From: an uncultured Gammaproteobacteria bacterium
GTDB taxonomy: Bacteria > Patescibacteriota > Patescibacteriia > UBA9934
Assembly: GCA_964569575.1 (NCBI GenBank)
Contig: CAZMTL010000005.1
Coordinates: 9,053-73,052, forward strand
Direction: 5' to 3'
Length of the DNA: 64,000 bases
Position numbers and translations under genes: made by a program. Below are positions 47,874 through 57,949 of the stretch, in pieces; positions within the stretch are counted from its first letter, which is position 1; each line of letters starts with the position of its first letter. The notes under the pieces are model-generated. The model searched no databases. It worked only from the letters and a program-made list of their open reading frames with translations, and had not been told where the DNA came from.

Positions 47874-49385
47874 TTATGCGTTCTTTACAGCTAAAGCGAT
47901 GACTTCGTTCATTTGTTGATCGATTGTTTCGGTCAATTTCTTTTCCGCTTCGATAGCTTTGATTAGATCGGTGTGCTGCGTTTCGATGGTTCGAAGAATG
48001 TGTTGAAGCGTTGCTTTTACATTCTTTGTTTCCGTTGTGTCGAGGAATCCACCTGTTGCTGCGCGCAAGATGATAACTTCTTGCCATAGCTTCCATGGGA
48101 ATCCGTTCTTTTGCTTCATTGCTTCTACCACACGTTCACCTCGAGTAAGCTGTTTCTTTGTAGCTTCATCTAATTCGCTTGCGAATTGTGTGAAGGCGGC
48201 GAGTTCATAAAACTGTGCCAAGTCGAGCTTTGCGCTTCCGGCTACTTTTTTCATGATTCCTGTTTGAGCAGCTCCTCCTACACGCGAAACCGAAATACCA
48301 ATGTTGATCGCTGGTCGGATTCCGCTGTAGAACAAGTCTGATTCGAGGAAGATTTGTCCGTCAGTGATTGAAATTACGTTTGTTGGAATGTAGGCAGACA
48401 CGTCGTTTGCTTGTGTTTCAACAATTGGAAGGGCGGTAATACTTCCTCCGCCGTGTTCTTTGTTCAATCGTGCGGCTCGTTCGAGTAGACGAGAGTGGAG
48501 GTAGAATACGTCTCCAGGGTACGCTTCGCGTCCTGGTGGTCGGCGAAGAAGAAGTGAAAGTTCACGGTATGCTACGGCATGTTTAGAGAGATCGTCGTAA
48601 ATAACGAGTACGTCTTTTCCGTGACTCATGAAGTATTCAGCGATCGCTGCTCCTGTGTAAGGGGCGAGGTACTGCATAACGGCAGGGCTCGCTGCGCCTG
48701 CACTCACTACTACGGTGTATTTCATTGCACCGTTTTCTTCGAGGGTTCGTACGACGTTAGCTGTATTTGATTCACGCTGTCCGCAGGCAACGTAGACACA
48801 GATCATGTTTTGATCTTTTTGGTTGATAATTGTGTCGATCGCAACGGTTGTTTTTCCTGTTTGACGATCACCGATGATTAATTCGCGCTGACCACGCCCA
48901 ACTGGAATCATCGAATCGATCGCAAGAATTCCTGTTTGAAGAGGTTCCGAAACTGGTTCGCGTGTCATCACGCCTGGCGCAACGCGTTCGAGTGGCATGA
49001 ATGTTCCTTCTGCAATATCGCCTCGTTCATCGATTGCTTTTCCTAGAGAGTCAACGACGCGTCCTAAAATTGCATCGCTTACGTTCGTTCCAAGGAAGCG
49101 TCCTGTTGTTACAACGCTTTGTCCTTCGGCAACGTCTAGACTGCTTTGTAGCTGAACTGCATAGGCGTTTCGGCCTTCGAGCTGCATTACGAGTGCGTCG
49201 ATGTTGCTTTCTTCAACATGAATCACTTCTCCCATTCGTAGTCCGAGAAGTCCGTATACGTGAATAACTCCGTCTTTTGCTGAACGGACAATTCCTGCTG
49301 ATTGTTCTTCGGTTGTTTCTTTTTGCACGGACTGAAGCGCTGTGTCGAAAGAAGAGAAGAATTGTTGTAGAGATTTTTTACTCAT
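47874..49385 (-). CDS. atpA: ATP synthase F1 alpha subunit
   Basis: GDRQTGKT P-loop. Confidence 0.95.
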   Translation of the reverse strand: MSKKSLQQFFSSFDTALQSVQKETTEEQSAGIVRSAKDGVIHVYGLLGLRMGEVIHVEESNIDALVMQLEGRNAYAVQLQSSLDVAEGQSVVTTGRFLGTNVSDAILGRVVDSLGKAIDERGDIAEGTFMPLERVAPGVMTREPVSEPLQTGILAIDSMIPVGRGQRELIIGDRQTGKTTVAIDTIINQKDQNMICVYVACGQRESNTANVVRTLEENGAMKYTVVVSAGAASPAVMQYLAPYTGAAIAEYFMSHGKDVLVIYDDLSKHAVAYRELSLLLRRPPGREAYPGDVFYLHSRLLERAARLNKEHGGGSITALPIVETQANDVSAYIPTNVISITDGQIFLESDLFYSGIRPAINIGISVSRVGGAAQTGIMKKVAGSAKLDLAQFYELAAFTQFASELDEATKKQLTRGERVVEAMKQKNGFPWKLWQEVIILRAATGGFLDTTETKNVKATLQHILRTIETQHTDLIKAIEAEKKLTETIDQQMNEVIALAVKNA

Positions 49386-49388
49386 AAC

Positions 49389-49997
49389 TTATTTGATCGT
49401 TGCTTGTAGAACCTGTATTAATCGTGCTTTCCAACTGTGATCTTTTACTTTTCCGTTGTAGAAAAGGCGACTTCCTCCAAGGAGACTTTTTTGAACGGTG
49501 ATCGACGGAATGCCTTGAAGTGAACTGGTGTCGATTGGTGCATCCGTTGCCAGTTGAATGATTGGTGAATCTTGGTCAACGGCTACAAGAAGAAGTGTTT
49601 GCAGTTCTCGTTCCAGCGTTCGTTGTGTCGTTTTGTCTGCTGCCTGGATTCGATGCATGGTGATTCCTAGCTTTGTCGTTCGAGCCTTGTAGACAAGGAT
49701 TTCGCGCAATGAAGAAAGGATTGTTTTAAGAAAGAGGTTTTTTTCGCGTACAAGTCGTTTTGATTCTGGAATCGCTGACTGTCCACCGCTTAAAAATGGA
49801 AGAAGTGAAGTGAAGTCTTGTTCAAACGTCGCTTCTTTTACTGATGCGATGTAATCCTGAAGTAATTCTGGGTATTTTTCGTCGAGCGTTTTTTGTACCA
49901 GCTTCTTTCGTTCTGTTGTAGGCGTACTGAAAAAATCTTCTTGTCGCGTTACGCAAAGAGCGTCATAGGCAATGGCTCGAATAATTTCGGTAACCAT
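49389..49997 (-). CDS. atpH: ATP synthase F1 delta (OSCP) subunit
   Basis: Operon position; start uncertain (49997 or 50033). Confidence 0.7.
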   Translation of the reverse strand: MVTEIIRAIAYDALCVTRQEDFFSTPTTERKKLVQKTLDEKYPELLQDYIASVKEATFEQDFTSLLPFLSGGQSAIPESKRLVREKNLFLKTILSSLREILVYKARTTKLGITMHRIQAADKTTQRTLERELQTLLLVAVDQDSPIIQLATDAPIDTSSLQGIPSITVQKSLLGGSRLFYNGKVKDHSWKARLIQVLQATIK

Positions 49998-49999
49998 AG

Positions 50000-50509
50000 T
50001 TATGACGCTTTTGATTTCGAGATTGTTTTCCAACTGTCCTGAACACTTTTTCGAACAGTTGTTTCAGATACGGTGTCTTGTAATACATGCATAGCAACCG
50101 CTTGAATGCGCTGTAGAATTTCGTTTTCTGCCCCAGCGATTGTTTTTTCGATTGTTTGATTCGCTGTTTCGGTTGCTTGCGCAAGAATTGAATCACGCTG
50201 CGTTCCCGCGTCCGCAAGAAGGCGTTTTGCTTCTTCGCGCGCTATTTTTTTCGCATCTTTTACGCGATCATCTAGATCGTTTAGGCGATCTTGGCGTTCT
50301 TTTGCTTCTTTTGCGCGTTCTTGAATAAGCTGTTCGCGCATCAAGTTTGCTTGTTCAACGTCTTCTCTGATTCGATTGCGACGTTCGTCCAAAAACTTAA
50401 CCAACGGCTTGTAGACAAACCGTTGCATTAAAATGAGGAGAACTCCGAAGTTGATCAAGTAGAGCAGGATACCCCATCCATCAATTCCTAATTTTGCGAG
50501 GGCGTCCAT
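50000..50509 (-). CDS. atpF: ATP synthase Fo b subunit
   Basis: N-terminal TM then a long charged helix. Confidence 0.85.
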   Translation of the reverse strand: MDALAKLGIDGWGILLYLINFGVLLILMQRFVYKPLVKFLDERRNRIREDVEQANLMREQLIQERAKEAKERQDRLNDLDDRVKDAKKIAREEAKRLLADAGTQRDSILAQATETANQTIEKTIAGAENEILQRIQAVAMHVLQDTVSETTVRKSVQDSWKTISKSKAS

Positions 50510-50515
50510 AGAATA

Positions 50516-50746
50516 TTAAACAACGAACAAGATGATCAAAGAGATAACAAGCGAGTAGATACCAGTTGATTCAGTGATCGCCATTGCTACTACCATGTTT
50601 GGAATAAGTTTTCCTGCGATTGACGGATTTCGTCCAATTGCTTCCATTGTTTTTCCTCCGATGTATCCTTCACCAAGCGCTGCTCCGATTGAACCGATTC
50701 CCATACAAAGACCTGCTGCGATAAGACGTGCTGCTTCCAATTCCAT
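50516..50746 (-). CDS. atpE: ATP synthase Fo c subunit
   Basis: Two-helix hairpin with carboxylate in AMAITESTGIYSLVI. Confidence 0.9.
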   Translation of the reverse strand: MELEAARLIAAGLCMGIGSIGAALGEGYIGGKTMEAIGRNPSIAGKLIPNMVVAMAITESTGIYSLVISLIILFVV

Positions 50747-50821
50747 AAACGTAAGATAAATATTATTTAATTCGCCAAGATGATACTTGACTGTGGAAAA
50801 AAATTCAAGATCACTTTTCCA

Positions 50822-51613
50822 CTATGTGGTCACTTCAGCTTCTTTTGGTGCTGGTTGTGCTCCTTGAATGGTAAGTGCGGTAAATTGAATTCCAAGAATC
50901 ATGAATACAAAGGCCTGCACAAATCCTGAAAAGACCGACAGAATAAGGAACGGGATTGGGATGAGGAACTGTGTAAACGCTGCAAGACTCATGATGACGG
51001 CTACCATTACGTTTCCGGCGAAAATGTTTCCGAATAATCGGCACGAAAGCGAGATTACTTTTGCGATTTCACCGATGATGTTTAACACACCGATGAATAC
51101 CTCGATCAAGCCATTGAATACGGCTCCTGGCGTTCTAGCCATCAGTAACGGCTTAATATTAATGAAGTTTGAAAGATGTTTGATTGGGGAAATTTTTAAC
51201 GCAAGAATATTTGCTATTCCAAAGATCATGATTGCGAGCGCGAGTGGCTGCGATAGGTCGGATGTTGATTGTCGGAATACATCTTTTCCTTCGTAGGTGA
51301 TCTCGAAGATAAATGGCATCAATGCGATTTGATTTGCAGCTGCGACGAATAAAACAAGTGTGACGAAAAACGGAAGAAATGATTCTGCCTGTTTTCTGCT
51401 TCCGAAGGCGTTTTCGAGCTGGTCTAGAATGTATTCAATGATTATTTCCATGAGCAACTGAATTCGTGTGGGGATTAGGCGAAATTTACGCGTTGCTAAG
51501 AAGAAAAAGGTTAAAATACCAACAGTTACAATTACAGCGCCTAAGAATGCATCGGTTATTGGAACTGGCCCTATGGAAAAGAGCACGTGTGCTGGAAGTG
51601 AGATTTCTGTCAT
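50822..51613 (-). CDS. atpB: ATP synthase Fo a subunit
   Basis: Conserved Arg in LSCRLFGNIFAGN. Confidence 0.9.
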   Translation of the reverse strand: MTEISLPAHVLFSIGPVPITDAFLGAVIVTVGILTFFFLATRKFRLIPTRIQLLMEIIIEYILDQLENAFGSRKQAESFLPFFVTLVLFVAAANQIALMPFIFEITYEGKDVFRQSTSDLSQPLALAIMIFGIANILALKISPIKHLSNFINIKPLLMARTPGAVFNGLIEVFIGVLNIIGEIAKVISLSCRLFGNIFAGNVMVAVIMSLAAFTQFLIPIPFLILSVFSGFVQAFVFMILGIQFTALTIQGAQPAPKEAEVTT

Positions 51614-51614
51614 A

Positions 51615-51836
51615 TTATTCTTGATTATCCTTTGATTCGGTTCCGTAGAGTTTTTGAATACTTTTTACTACCGCGAATTGTGTAAATGGGTACGAAAGCA
51701 GTGCGCCGACAACGATCCCGATTTTCCAATTTCCTGTTGCTCGTCCAATGAAATATCCCATTCCGCAGAAGAGGAGAATGGGTCCAAGTGTTGCGAGTAG
51801 AACGACGATTCGCTGTTTCCAGGTAAAAATTTTCAT
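51615..51836 (-). CDS. Small 2-TM protein upstream of atpB (AtpZ/AtpI-like)
   Basis: ORF 51615..51983 trimmed to MKIFTWKQRIVVLLATLGPILLFCGMGYFIGR; position typical of atpI/atpZ. Confidence 0.5.
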   Translation of the reverse strand: MKIFTWKQRIVVLLATLGPILLFCGMGYFIGRATGNWKIGIVVGALLSYPFTQFAVVKSIQKLYGTESKDNQE

Positions 51837-52250
51837 AAAATCGCTGAAATTATGGACGAGAAGGGGGCTTTTGTCAATGTAAGATGTGGGTAGGTTTTTG
51901 GGTTTTTGATGAAAAATTGGTTTTTTGTTGACGAATTGAGCTTTGTTGATCGAAATAATTGCTTTTTTGGCTTTTTCTCGCAATTTTTCTTGAACGATTA
52001 TGTATTCGGTTAATGAGAAAAAGCCGTAAGAGTGACGATCGTTACTCTTGCTGGCTTTTTGTGATCGAATTACTGCTCTTTCTCTATGTTCTCATTTTTG
52101 TACTGCATCGTCATTTAATTGACAAAGATCAAAAAATGCGCTAGTATTCCGACGTAATTTATCCTCTAGTATTCGTTACTGGGGTGACTCGAACCTCTTC
52201 GCGTAAAACAATGATGCGACCTGAAGGAATCGGGTCGTATCATTTATTTT

Positions 52251-53921
52251 ATGACAAAGACAGATATGTTGCCGGAAGAGCGTCCTTTTTCGGCTTTCGG
52301 ACTTTCAAAGGCCTTGTTGGGACAATTGGAAAAGTTAGGTTTTACTCAAGCGACTCCTATTCAGTGGCGAGCTATTCCGCTTGCACTTGAAAAGAAAGAC
52401 GTGATCGGAATCGCGCAAACAGGAACAGGGAAGACATTAGCATTCTCACTTCCTGCTATTCAGCATTTGGCTGACGGCGCTGGAATCGGTTTGGTGTTGC
52501 TTCCAACTCGCGAATTGGCGTTGCAGGTAGAAGAAGAAATGGCCAAGATTGGTCGATATTTCGGTATGAAAACTGCGGTGTTGATCGGCGGAGCAAGCAT
52601 GTATACACAGGAAAAAATGCTTCGACGTGATCCAAGTGTGATCATTGCGACTCCTGGTCGTTTGATCGATCATTTGCAGCGTGGAACAGTGAAGCTTCAT
52701 GATGTGCAGGTGTTGATTTTGGACGAAGCGGATCGCATGCTCGACATGGGATTTGAACCTCAGATTCGTACTATTTTGAACGAAGTTCCAAAAGAACGTC
52801 ACACGATGTTGTTCTCGGCAACAATGCCGGCAACCATTCGTGAAATGGTGAAGAAGTACATGAATAATCCTTTGCAAATTGAAGTGGCTCCTCAGGGAAC
52901 AACGGCTTCACGTATTGAGCAAGAAGGATTGATCGTTCAGAAAAATGACAAATTGAAAACGCTTTATTCGTTGTTGCAAGATGTGACTGGTCCGACAATC
53001 GTATTTAGTCGTACAAAGCACGGAGCAAAGAAGATTACGGAAGATTTGCGAGATATTGGTGTTGGAGCTGCAGAAATTCACTCGAATCGTTCGTTGAATC
53101 AACGAAAAGAAGCGCTTGCTGGATTTAAATCTGGAAAGTACAAGGTGTTGATTGCGACCGACATTGCGGCGCGTGGAATTGACGTGAACGATATTGAATT
53201 GGTTGTAAACTTCGATTTGCACGATGCGAGCGAAGATTATGTTCACCGAATTGGTCGAACAGGTCGAGCTGGAAAAGGCGGACGAGCGGTTTCGTTTGTT
53301 GAGCCTCGACAGCGACGTGACTGGAAGCATATCGAACGATTGGTTCGAAAGACGGTTCCTTTGCGAAATCCTGGAAACCTTGTTGAACTTCCTGAACGTG
53401 GGTCTGTGACTCCGTTCCGCGAAGAGCGTGGTGGTGGAAGTCGATTTGGTGGCGGTGGTGGAGGAGGTCGTGGACGATTCGGACGATCTTCGGGTGGTGA
53501 TCGTCGTTCTGGTGGATTTAGCGGTGGACGTGGCGGCTTTGGCCGAAAGCGTGATGACCGTTCTGAACGACCTCGCCCTGCGGCACGAAAAGATGATTTT
53601 GGATTTTTTGAAGATGGTGGGCAAGAACGAAAGCCTGCATTTAACCGAGGTGGACGAAGTGCCTTTGGAGATCGATCTGAACGCCGACCTGCGTTTGGTC
53701 AGCGACGAAGTGCTGGTTCGCGTTTTGAAGGTGAAGAACGATCGGCTGGAGATGAACGACCAAAGCGACGATTTGGCGCGCCTCGAGCAGGAGCGCACAA
53801 ACCTCGAGCTCGACGTTCGAAGGGTGGTGGCGGTGGCGGATTCTTCGGAGGACGCACAGCTGGACGTGGAGAAGCTGGTGGTGCTGGCGGACGCAAGAAG
53901 CGATTTGCTCGTGAACGATAG
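52251..53921 (+). CDS. DEAD-box ATP-dependent RNA helicase with an Arg/Gly-rich C-terminal tail
   Basis: AQTGTGKT, DEAD, SAT, HRIGRTGRAG motifs. Confidence 0.95.
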   Translation: MTKTDMLPEERPFSAFGLSKALLGQLEKLGFTQATPIQWRAIPLALEKKDVIGIAQTGTGKTLAFSLPAIQHLADGAGIGLVLLPTRELALQVEEEMAKIGRYFGMKTAVLIGGASMYTQEKMLRRDPSVIIATPGRLIDHLQRGTVKLHDVQVLILDEADRMLDMGFEPQIRTILNEVPKERHTMLFSATMPATIREMVKKYMNNPLQIEVAPQGTTASRIEQEGLIVQKNDKLKTLYSLLQDVTGPTIVFSRTKHGAKKITEDLRDIGVGAAEIHSNRSLNQRKEALAGFKSGKYKVLIATDIAARGIDVNDIELVVNFDLHDASEDYVHRIGRTGRAGKGGRAVSFVEPRQRRDWKHIERLVRKTVPLRNPGNLVELPERGSVTPFREERGGGSRFGGGGGGGRGRFGRSSGGDRRSGGFSGGRGGFGRKRDDRSERPRPAARKDDFGFFEDGGQERKPAFNRGGRSAFGDRSERRPAFGQRRSAGSRFEGEERSAGDERPKRRFGAPRAGAHKPRARRSKGGGGGGFFGGRTAGRGEAGGAGGRKKRFARER

Positions 53922-53926
53922 ATTAT

Positions 53927-53962
53927 TTAAAGCAAAGAAGGGCCGTAAGGCTCTTTTTTGTT
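53927..53962 (+). terminator. Terminator after the helicase (AGGGCC-GTAA-GGCTCT then T6)
   Basis: aaagaagggccgtaaggctcttttttgtttg. Confidence 0.5.
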
Positions 53963-54023
53963 TGTTTAGCGGAGGTTGTCGTTCGTTTACAGAACTTCTT
54001 TTTTCGATTATGATGCACGTATT

Positions 54024-55070
54024 ATGGCGACTGTTTTTGCTCACATTCTTACCTGGAACGATCATCGTTACTTGCCCGATCTTTTCGAATCAATCGAAGC
54101 TCAAACCTACAAAGGCTTGAATGTCCGTATTTTAGATAATGGCAGTACCGATAAGACGGTTGATTATTTGCAGGAACATTATCCTCACTATATTGTTGGA
54201 CGAAATGCTCGCAACAATGGATTTGCCGGAGGACATAACCAGCTGTTTCGGTTTACGGTGGATCATTTGAATGGAGAAGATCCTGATCGTACGTTTATTT
54301 TAGTTGCAAATTCGGACATGATTTGGAAGCCAGATGTGGTGGATCGTCTTGTGCGCGCGCTTGAAGCAAATGATCAGCTCGCGGCTGTTCAGCCAAAGAT
54401 TTATCGCGCATTTGCTGATCATCATCCCGATGATACGCTTACTGAAGTGGTCCTTTCCGATATTTTGGATACGACTGGGTTGAGCGTGAAAAAAGGCTGG
54501 CGCATGAGCGATCGCGGAGCTGGAGAATTGGATGAAGGGCAGTACGATGAAATGAATTTGATATTTTGCGCTACGGGTACGATGTCGTTGTTTCGACTTT
54601 CGGCGCTGCAGTCTGTGTTAACCGAAGGAGAATTATTTGATCCAGATTTTTTTGCTTATCGTGAAGATTGCGATTTGGCGTGGCGATTGGCTCGTGCGGG
54701 ATGGAAGAGTGAATTTGTTCCACTTGCGGTCGCTCATCACTATCGTGGAATGTTTGGCGCTGAAAAGCAGTCGCTTTGGCAGAGGTTCAAAAATCGTCGT
54801 GGACAACGTCCGTTTTTTGCGGCGCTTTCGACGCGAAATCAGTTGTTGTTGTTGATTAAAAATCTTTCGTTTATTGATGCGCTTTTGTCTGCGCCTTGGA
54901 TTTTGGTAGGAGAAAGTATTCGTGTTGCGTATGGATTTTTCTTCGAACCAATGACGCGCAAGCGATTGCTTGAAATTCCTCGTTTACTTCCTTCGATGTT
55001 ACGAAGACGAAAAGAGATTTTTTCTCGTGAACAAATTGATGGATCTATTTTAAGAGCGTATGTCGAGTAA
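54024..55070 (+). CDS. Glycosyltransferase family 2
   Basis: ORF 53976..55070 trimmed to MATVFAHILTWND; ILDNGSTD motif. Confidence 0.8.
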   Translation: MATVFAHILTWNDHRYLPDLFESIEAQTYKGLNVRILDNGSTDKTVDYLQEHYPHYIVGRNARNNGFAGGHNQLFRFTVDHLNGEDPDRTFILVANSDMIWKPDVVDRLVRALEANDQLAAVQPKIYRAFADHHPDDTLTEVVLSDILDTTGLSVKKGWRMSDRGAGELDEGQYDEMNLIFCATGTMSLFRLSALQSVLTEGELFDPDFFAYREDCDLAWRLARAGWKSEFVPLAVAHHYRGMFGAEKQSLWQRFKNRRGQRPFFAALSTRNQLLLLIKNLSFIDALLSAPWILVGESIRVAYGFFFEPMTRKRLLEIPRLLPSMLRRRKEIFSREQIDGSILRAYVE

Positions 55071-55920
55071 AAAAGTAACAAAACAACCGGATGTTTCGAT
55101 TATTATTGTACATACGTTTGAAAAAGAAATGATTCGACAAACCTTGCGAAGCATTCGGCGTGCAGCGCCCAAGGTTTCGTATGAAATTTTGTTGGTAGAC
55201 AATAATCCACGTGCGGGAATGAAAGATGTGTTAGATGTTGAGTTTTCTGAAGTTCGGTATTTCAAAAATCAAAAAAATCTTGGATTTGGTTCTGCGATGA
55301 ATGTTGGGGCGCGCGAAGCGAAGGGTCGATATATTTTCATTTTCAATCCAGATATCGTGGTGCCGGAAGGTTCGATTGAAGGTTTGGTGACATACATGGA
55401 TACGCATAAGGACGTTGGCATGTGTGGGCCGCGTTTGATTAATCCAGACGGTGGTTTGCAGTTTTCTTCGTATCGACTGCCGAATTTGTGGATTCCTGTG
55501 TATCGTCGTACGCCGCTTGGTCGTTTTCCGTTTGCGAAGAAAGCGGTAGCGAATTATTTAATGTACGATTTTGATCATGCACACGAACAGCCTGTGGATG
55601 CATTGATTGGTGCGGCCATGTTTTGTCGAGCAGAGATGTTGCGCGATGTAGGATTGTTCGACGAAGACTTTTTCTTGTATTATGAAGACAATGATTTGTG
55701 TCGTCGTTTTTGGGAGAAGGGGTACAGAGTGATGTATTTCCCTGGAGTAAGCATGACACATTATCATCGTCGCGCTACGGCGGATGGTGGTTTGTTGAAG
55801 CAGTTGATGAATCGTATGACTTGGATTCAAATTCATAGCGCGCTTAAGTACGCCAAAAAATATCGAGGAAAATCAAATCCCCGAGAAGATTATTTTGCCA
55901 CACATGCAGATTCAAAATGA
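55060..55920 (+). CDS. Glycosyltransferase family 2
   Basis: SIIIVHTFEKE...LVDNNPRAG...NLGFGSAMNVG; 11-nt overlap with the upstream GT2. Confidence 0.8.
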   Translation: MSSKKVTKQPDVSIIIVHTFEKEMIRQTLRSIRRAAPKVSYEILLVDNNPRAGMKDVLDVEFSEVRYFKNQKNLGFGSAMNVGAREAKGRYIFIFNPDIVVPEGSIEGLVTYMDTHKDVGMCGPRLINPDGGLQFSSYRLPNLWIPVYRRTPLGRFPFAKKAVANYLMYDFDHAHEQPVDALIGAAMFCRAEMLRDVGLFDEDFFLYYEDNDLCRRFWEKGYRVMYFPGVSMTHYHRRATADGGLLKQLMNRMTWIQIHSALKYAKKYRGKSNPREDYFATHADSK

Positions 55921-55969
55921 ATTTACACAGGATGATCCGCGCGAGACCGAAGTGATTACGTATCCTCGC

Positions 55970-57925
55970 ATGACATTTCGAAAAAGGAGGAGGAAGATGA
56001 TTCCGCTACTTTTTTTGGCGGTTCTTTTTTTTGCGGTAATTGTGGTGGAAGTTGTGGCGGCGACGCGAGTGTATAATGCAGTGAAGCGTGTTGAGAGCGA
56101 GTTGCGTTTGGCCGAGGCGCGTGTTGTTGATTTTGAATTTACACAAGCGTTGCAGCATGTTGATGTGGCGCAGGTGCAGATTAGTAAGGCGCGTGGAGGA
56201 TTGGTGTTTTTTGCTTGGGCAAAGCCGTTGCCATGGGCGGGGGATCAGGTGAAGGCGGCGACAGCGGTGTTGAATGCGGGCGAGGAATCGTTGCTTGCGC
56301 TCGAGAGTGCCGTGTTGATCGCCGAAGATGTGTACGGTGCGCTTGCTGAGGCGGAGGAATTGCTCGACGCGCACCAGGTTCCGGAAGAAGCGCGTAATTT
56401 TCGAGATTTGCCCGACGATGTACGTGTAAGTTTGTTGCGTTCGCTGCATCGGAGTGGGGCTCGGATGGAATCAGCAAAGGTAAATTTGGAATTGGCGCAG
56501 GATGATTTGGAGGCGCTTGATCAGCTAGCTGTGCTGCCGGCTGTTACGGACGCGATCGCACCGTTTCGCGAAACGATTCCTCAGTTGATTTCTGGGTTAG
56601 AGGTATTAATTCCGGTCGCGGCTTCGATTGAAGAGATTGCTGGTGTTGGAGTCGACAAGCAATGGTTACTGTTGTTTATGAACGACATGGAGATGCGTCC
56701 AGCTGGAGGGTTTTTGGGCGTGTATGGATTGGCTGTTGTGCGTGATGGGGAATTGGTGAATGTCGAGATTGCGGATACCTATTCGGTTGATGTGAAGGTT
56801 CAGGGAGATGATTCGTATCAAATTCCGCCGCCTGCTGCTTTGCAAGAATTTGTTGGTGTCACAAAATGGTATTTCCGCGATGCTAATTGGTCGCCAGATT
56901 TTCCAACGGCAGCACGTGATGCAACTCAATTGTTGCGACAAGAAATTGGTCATGTAGGAGAACCGGTTCCCGAAATTCATGGCGTATTTGGATTTACACC
57001 AACGTTTGGTTCGCGTTTACTCGAGATTACTGGTCCGATTACGGTTCAGGGTGAAACGTTTACGGCGGAGAATTTGGCAATGAAGTTGGAGTTTGAAGTG
57101 GAGTACGGATATGTCGAGGAAGGTATTGATTTTACAGAACGAAAAGCGATCGTCGGGGAGTTGGTAGATGCGTTAGTTGATCGTTTGATGCACTTGCCCT
57201 TGAGCGAGTACGCTGTTTTATTTAGTGCGTTCGAAGAGGGGTTTGAGCAGAAGGAATTGGCTTTGTATTCGATGGATGTTCAAACTCAAGCTGTTTTTGC
57301 GGATGCTGGGTGGGCTGCGAGTGTTGCGAATCCGCCGAAGGAAGATGTGTTGCTTGTGGTCGATGCGAACATGGCTGCACTTAAATCAGATCCGGCGGTT
57401 GATCGGTCGATTGCCTATTCTGTTGAAAAAATTAATGGAGAATACATTGCAACGACTGCAATTACGTATACACATAACGGAGTGTTTGATCAGTTTACGA
57501 CACGATACCGAACGTACACACGTGTGTACGCGCCACTCGGTAGTCGATTTATTTCGCTTGATGGATCGATGCAGAACGATCGGTTGAGTAATCCGTCGTT
57601 ACTTCCGGACGAAGTCACGATTGCGGATGATTTAGGAATGACTAGTTTTGGTGCGTTTATTTCTATCGAACCAGGTGCTCAAGGAACGCTTACGTTTAGT
57701 TATGCGTTGCCGGATTCGGTGGTGGAGTTGATCGAGTCTCGGGCTTATGTTTTGCGCGTGTTTAAGCAGCTTGGAGCTAAAAATCATACGTTGACATTGG
57801 ACCTAAATTTTGATAAAAATATTAGAACAGCGACACCTCCCGAAGACCGATCTCAGTTTGGGGATGATCGGTATGTGAAGACGATTGAACTTGATAGCGA
57901 CGAACGGGTGATCGTTTCCTTTTAA
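55970..57925 (+). CDS. DUF4012-like membrane-anchored protein
   Basis: N-terminal TM helix; MNDMEMRPAGGFLGVYG motif characteristic of DUF4012; start chosen at MTFRKRRRKMIPLL. Confidence 0.6.
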   Translation: MTFRKRRRKMIPLLFLAVLFFAVIVVEVVAATRVYNAVKRVESELRLAEARVVDFEFTQALQHVDVAQVQISKARGGLVFFAWAKPLPWAGDQVKAATAVLNAGEESLLALESAVLIAEDVYGALAEAEELLDAHQVPEEARNFRDLPDDVRVSLLRSLHRSGARMESAKVNLELAQDDLEALDQLAVLPAVTDAIAPFRETIPQLISGLEVLIPVAASIEEIAGVGVDKQWLLLFMNDMEMRPAGGFLGVYGLAVVRDGELVNVEIADTYSVDVKVQGDDSYQIPPPAALQEFVGVTKWYFRDANWSPDFPTAARDATQLLRQEIGHVGEPVPEIHGVFGFTPTFGSRLLEITGPITVQGETFTAENLAMKLEFEVEYGYVEEGIDFTERKAIVGELVDALVDRLMHLPLSEYAVLFSAFEEGFEQKELALYSMDVQTQAVFADAGWAASVANPPKEDVLLVVDANMAALKSDPAVDRSIAYSVEKINGEYIATTAITYTHNGVFDQFTTRYRTYTRVYAPLGSRFISLDGSMQNDRLSNPSLLPDEVTIADDLGMTSFGAFISIEPGAQGTLTFSYALPDSVVELIESRAYVLRVFKQLGAKNHTLTLDLNFDKNIRTATPPEDRSQFGDDRYVKTIELDSDERVIVSF

Positions 57926-57949
57926 CTGATTTGGTAGTAACGCGCGTGT

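Noticed and set aside
52150-52215. tRNA-like T-arm motif (minus-strand GGTTCGAGTCACCCC) between the atp operon and the helicase
   Set aside because: No acceptor/T-stem complementarity, no anticodon arm and no CCA could be formed. Judged a chance occurrence within the divergent promoter region.
52908-54120. 385-aa minus ORF and 230-aa plus ORF overlapping the DEAD-box helicase 3' end and the following GT2 gene
   Set aside because: Antisense or frame-shifted shadows of the GGN/CGN-repetitive RGG tail: Ser/Thr/Arg low-complexity, with no start context. The helicase and GT2 genes have clear conserved motifs.
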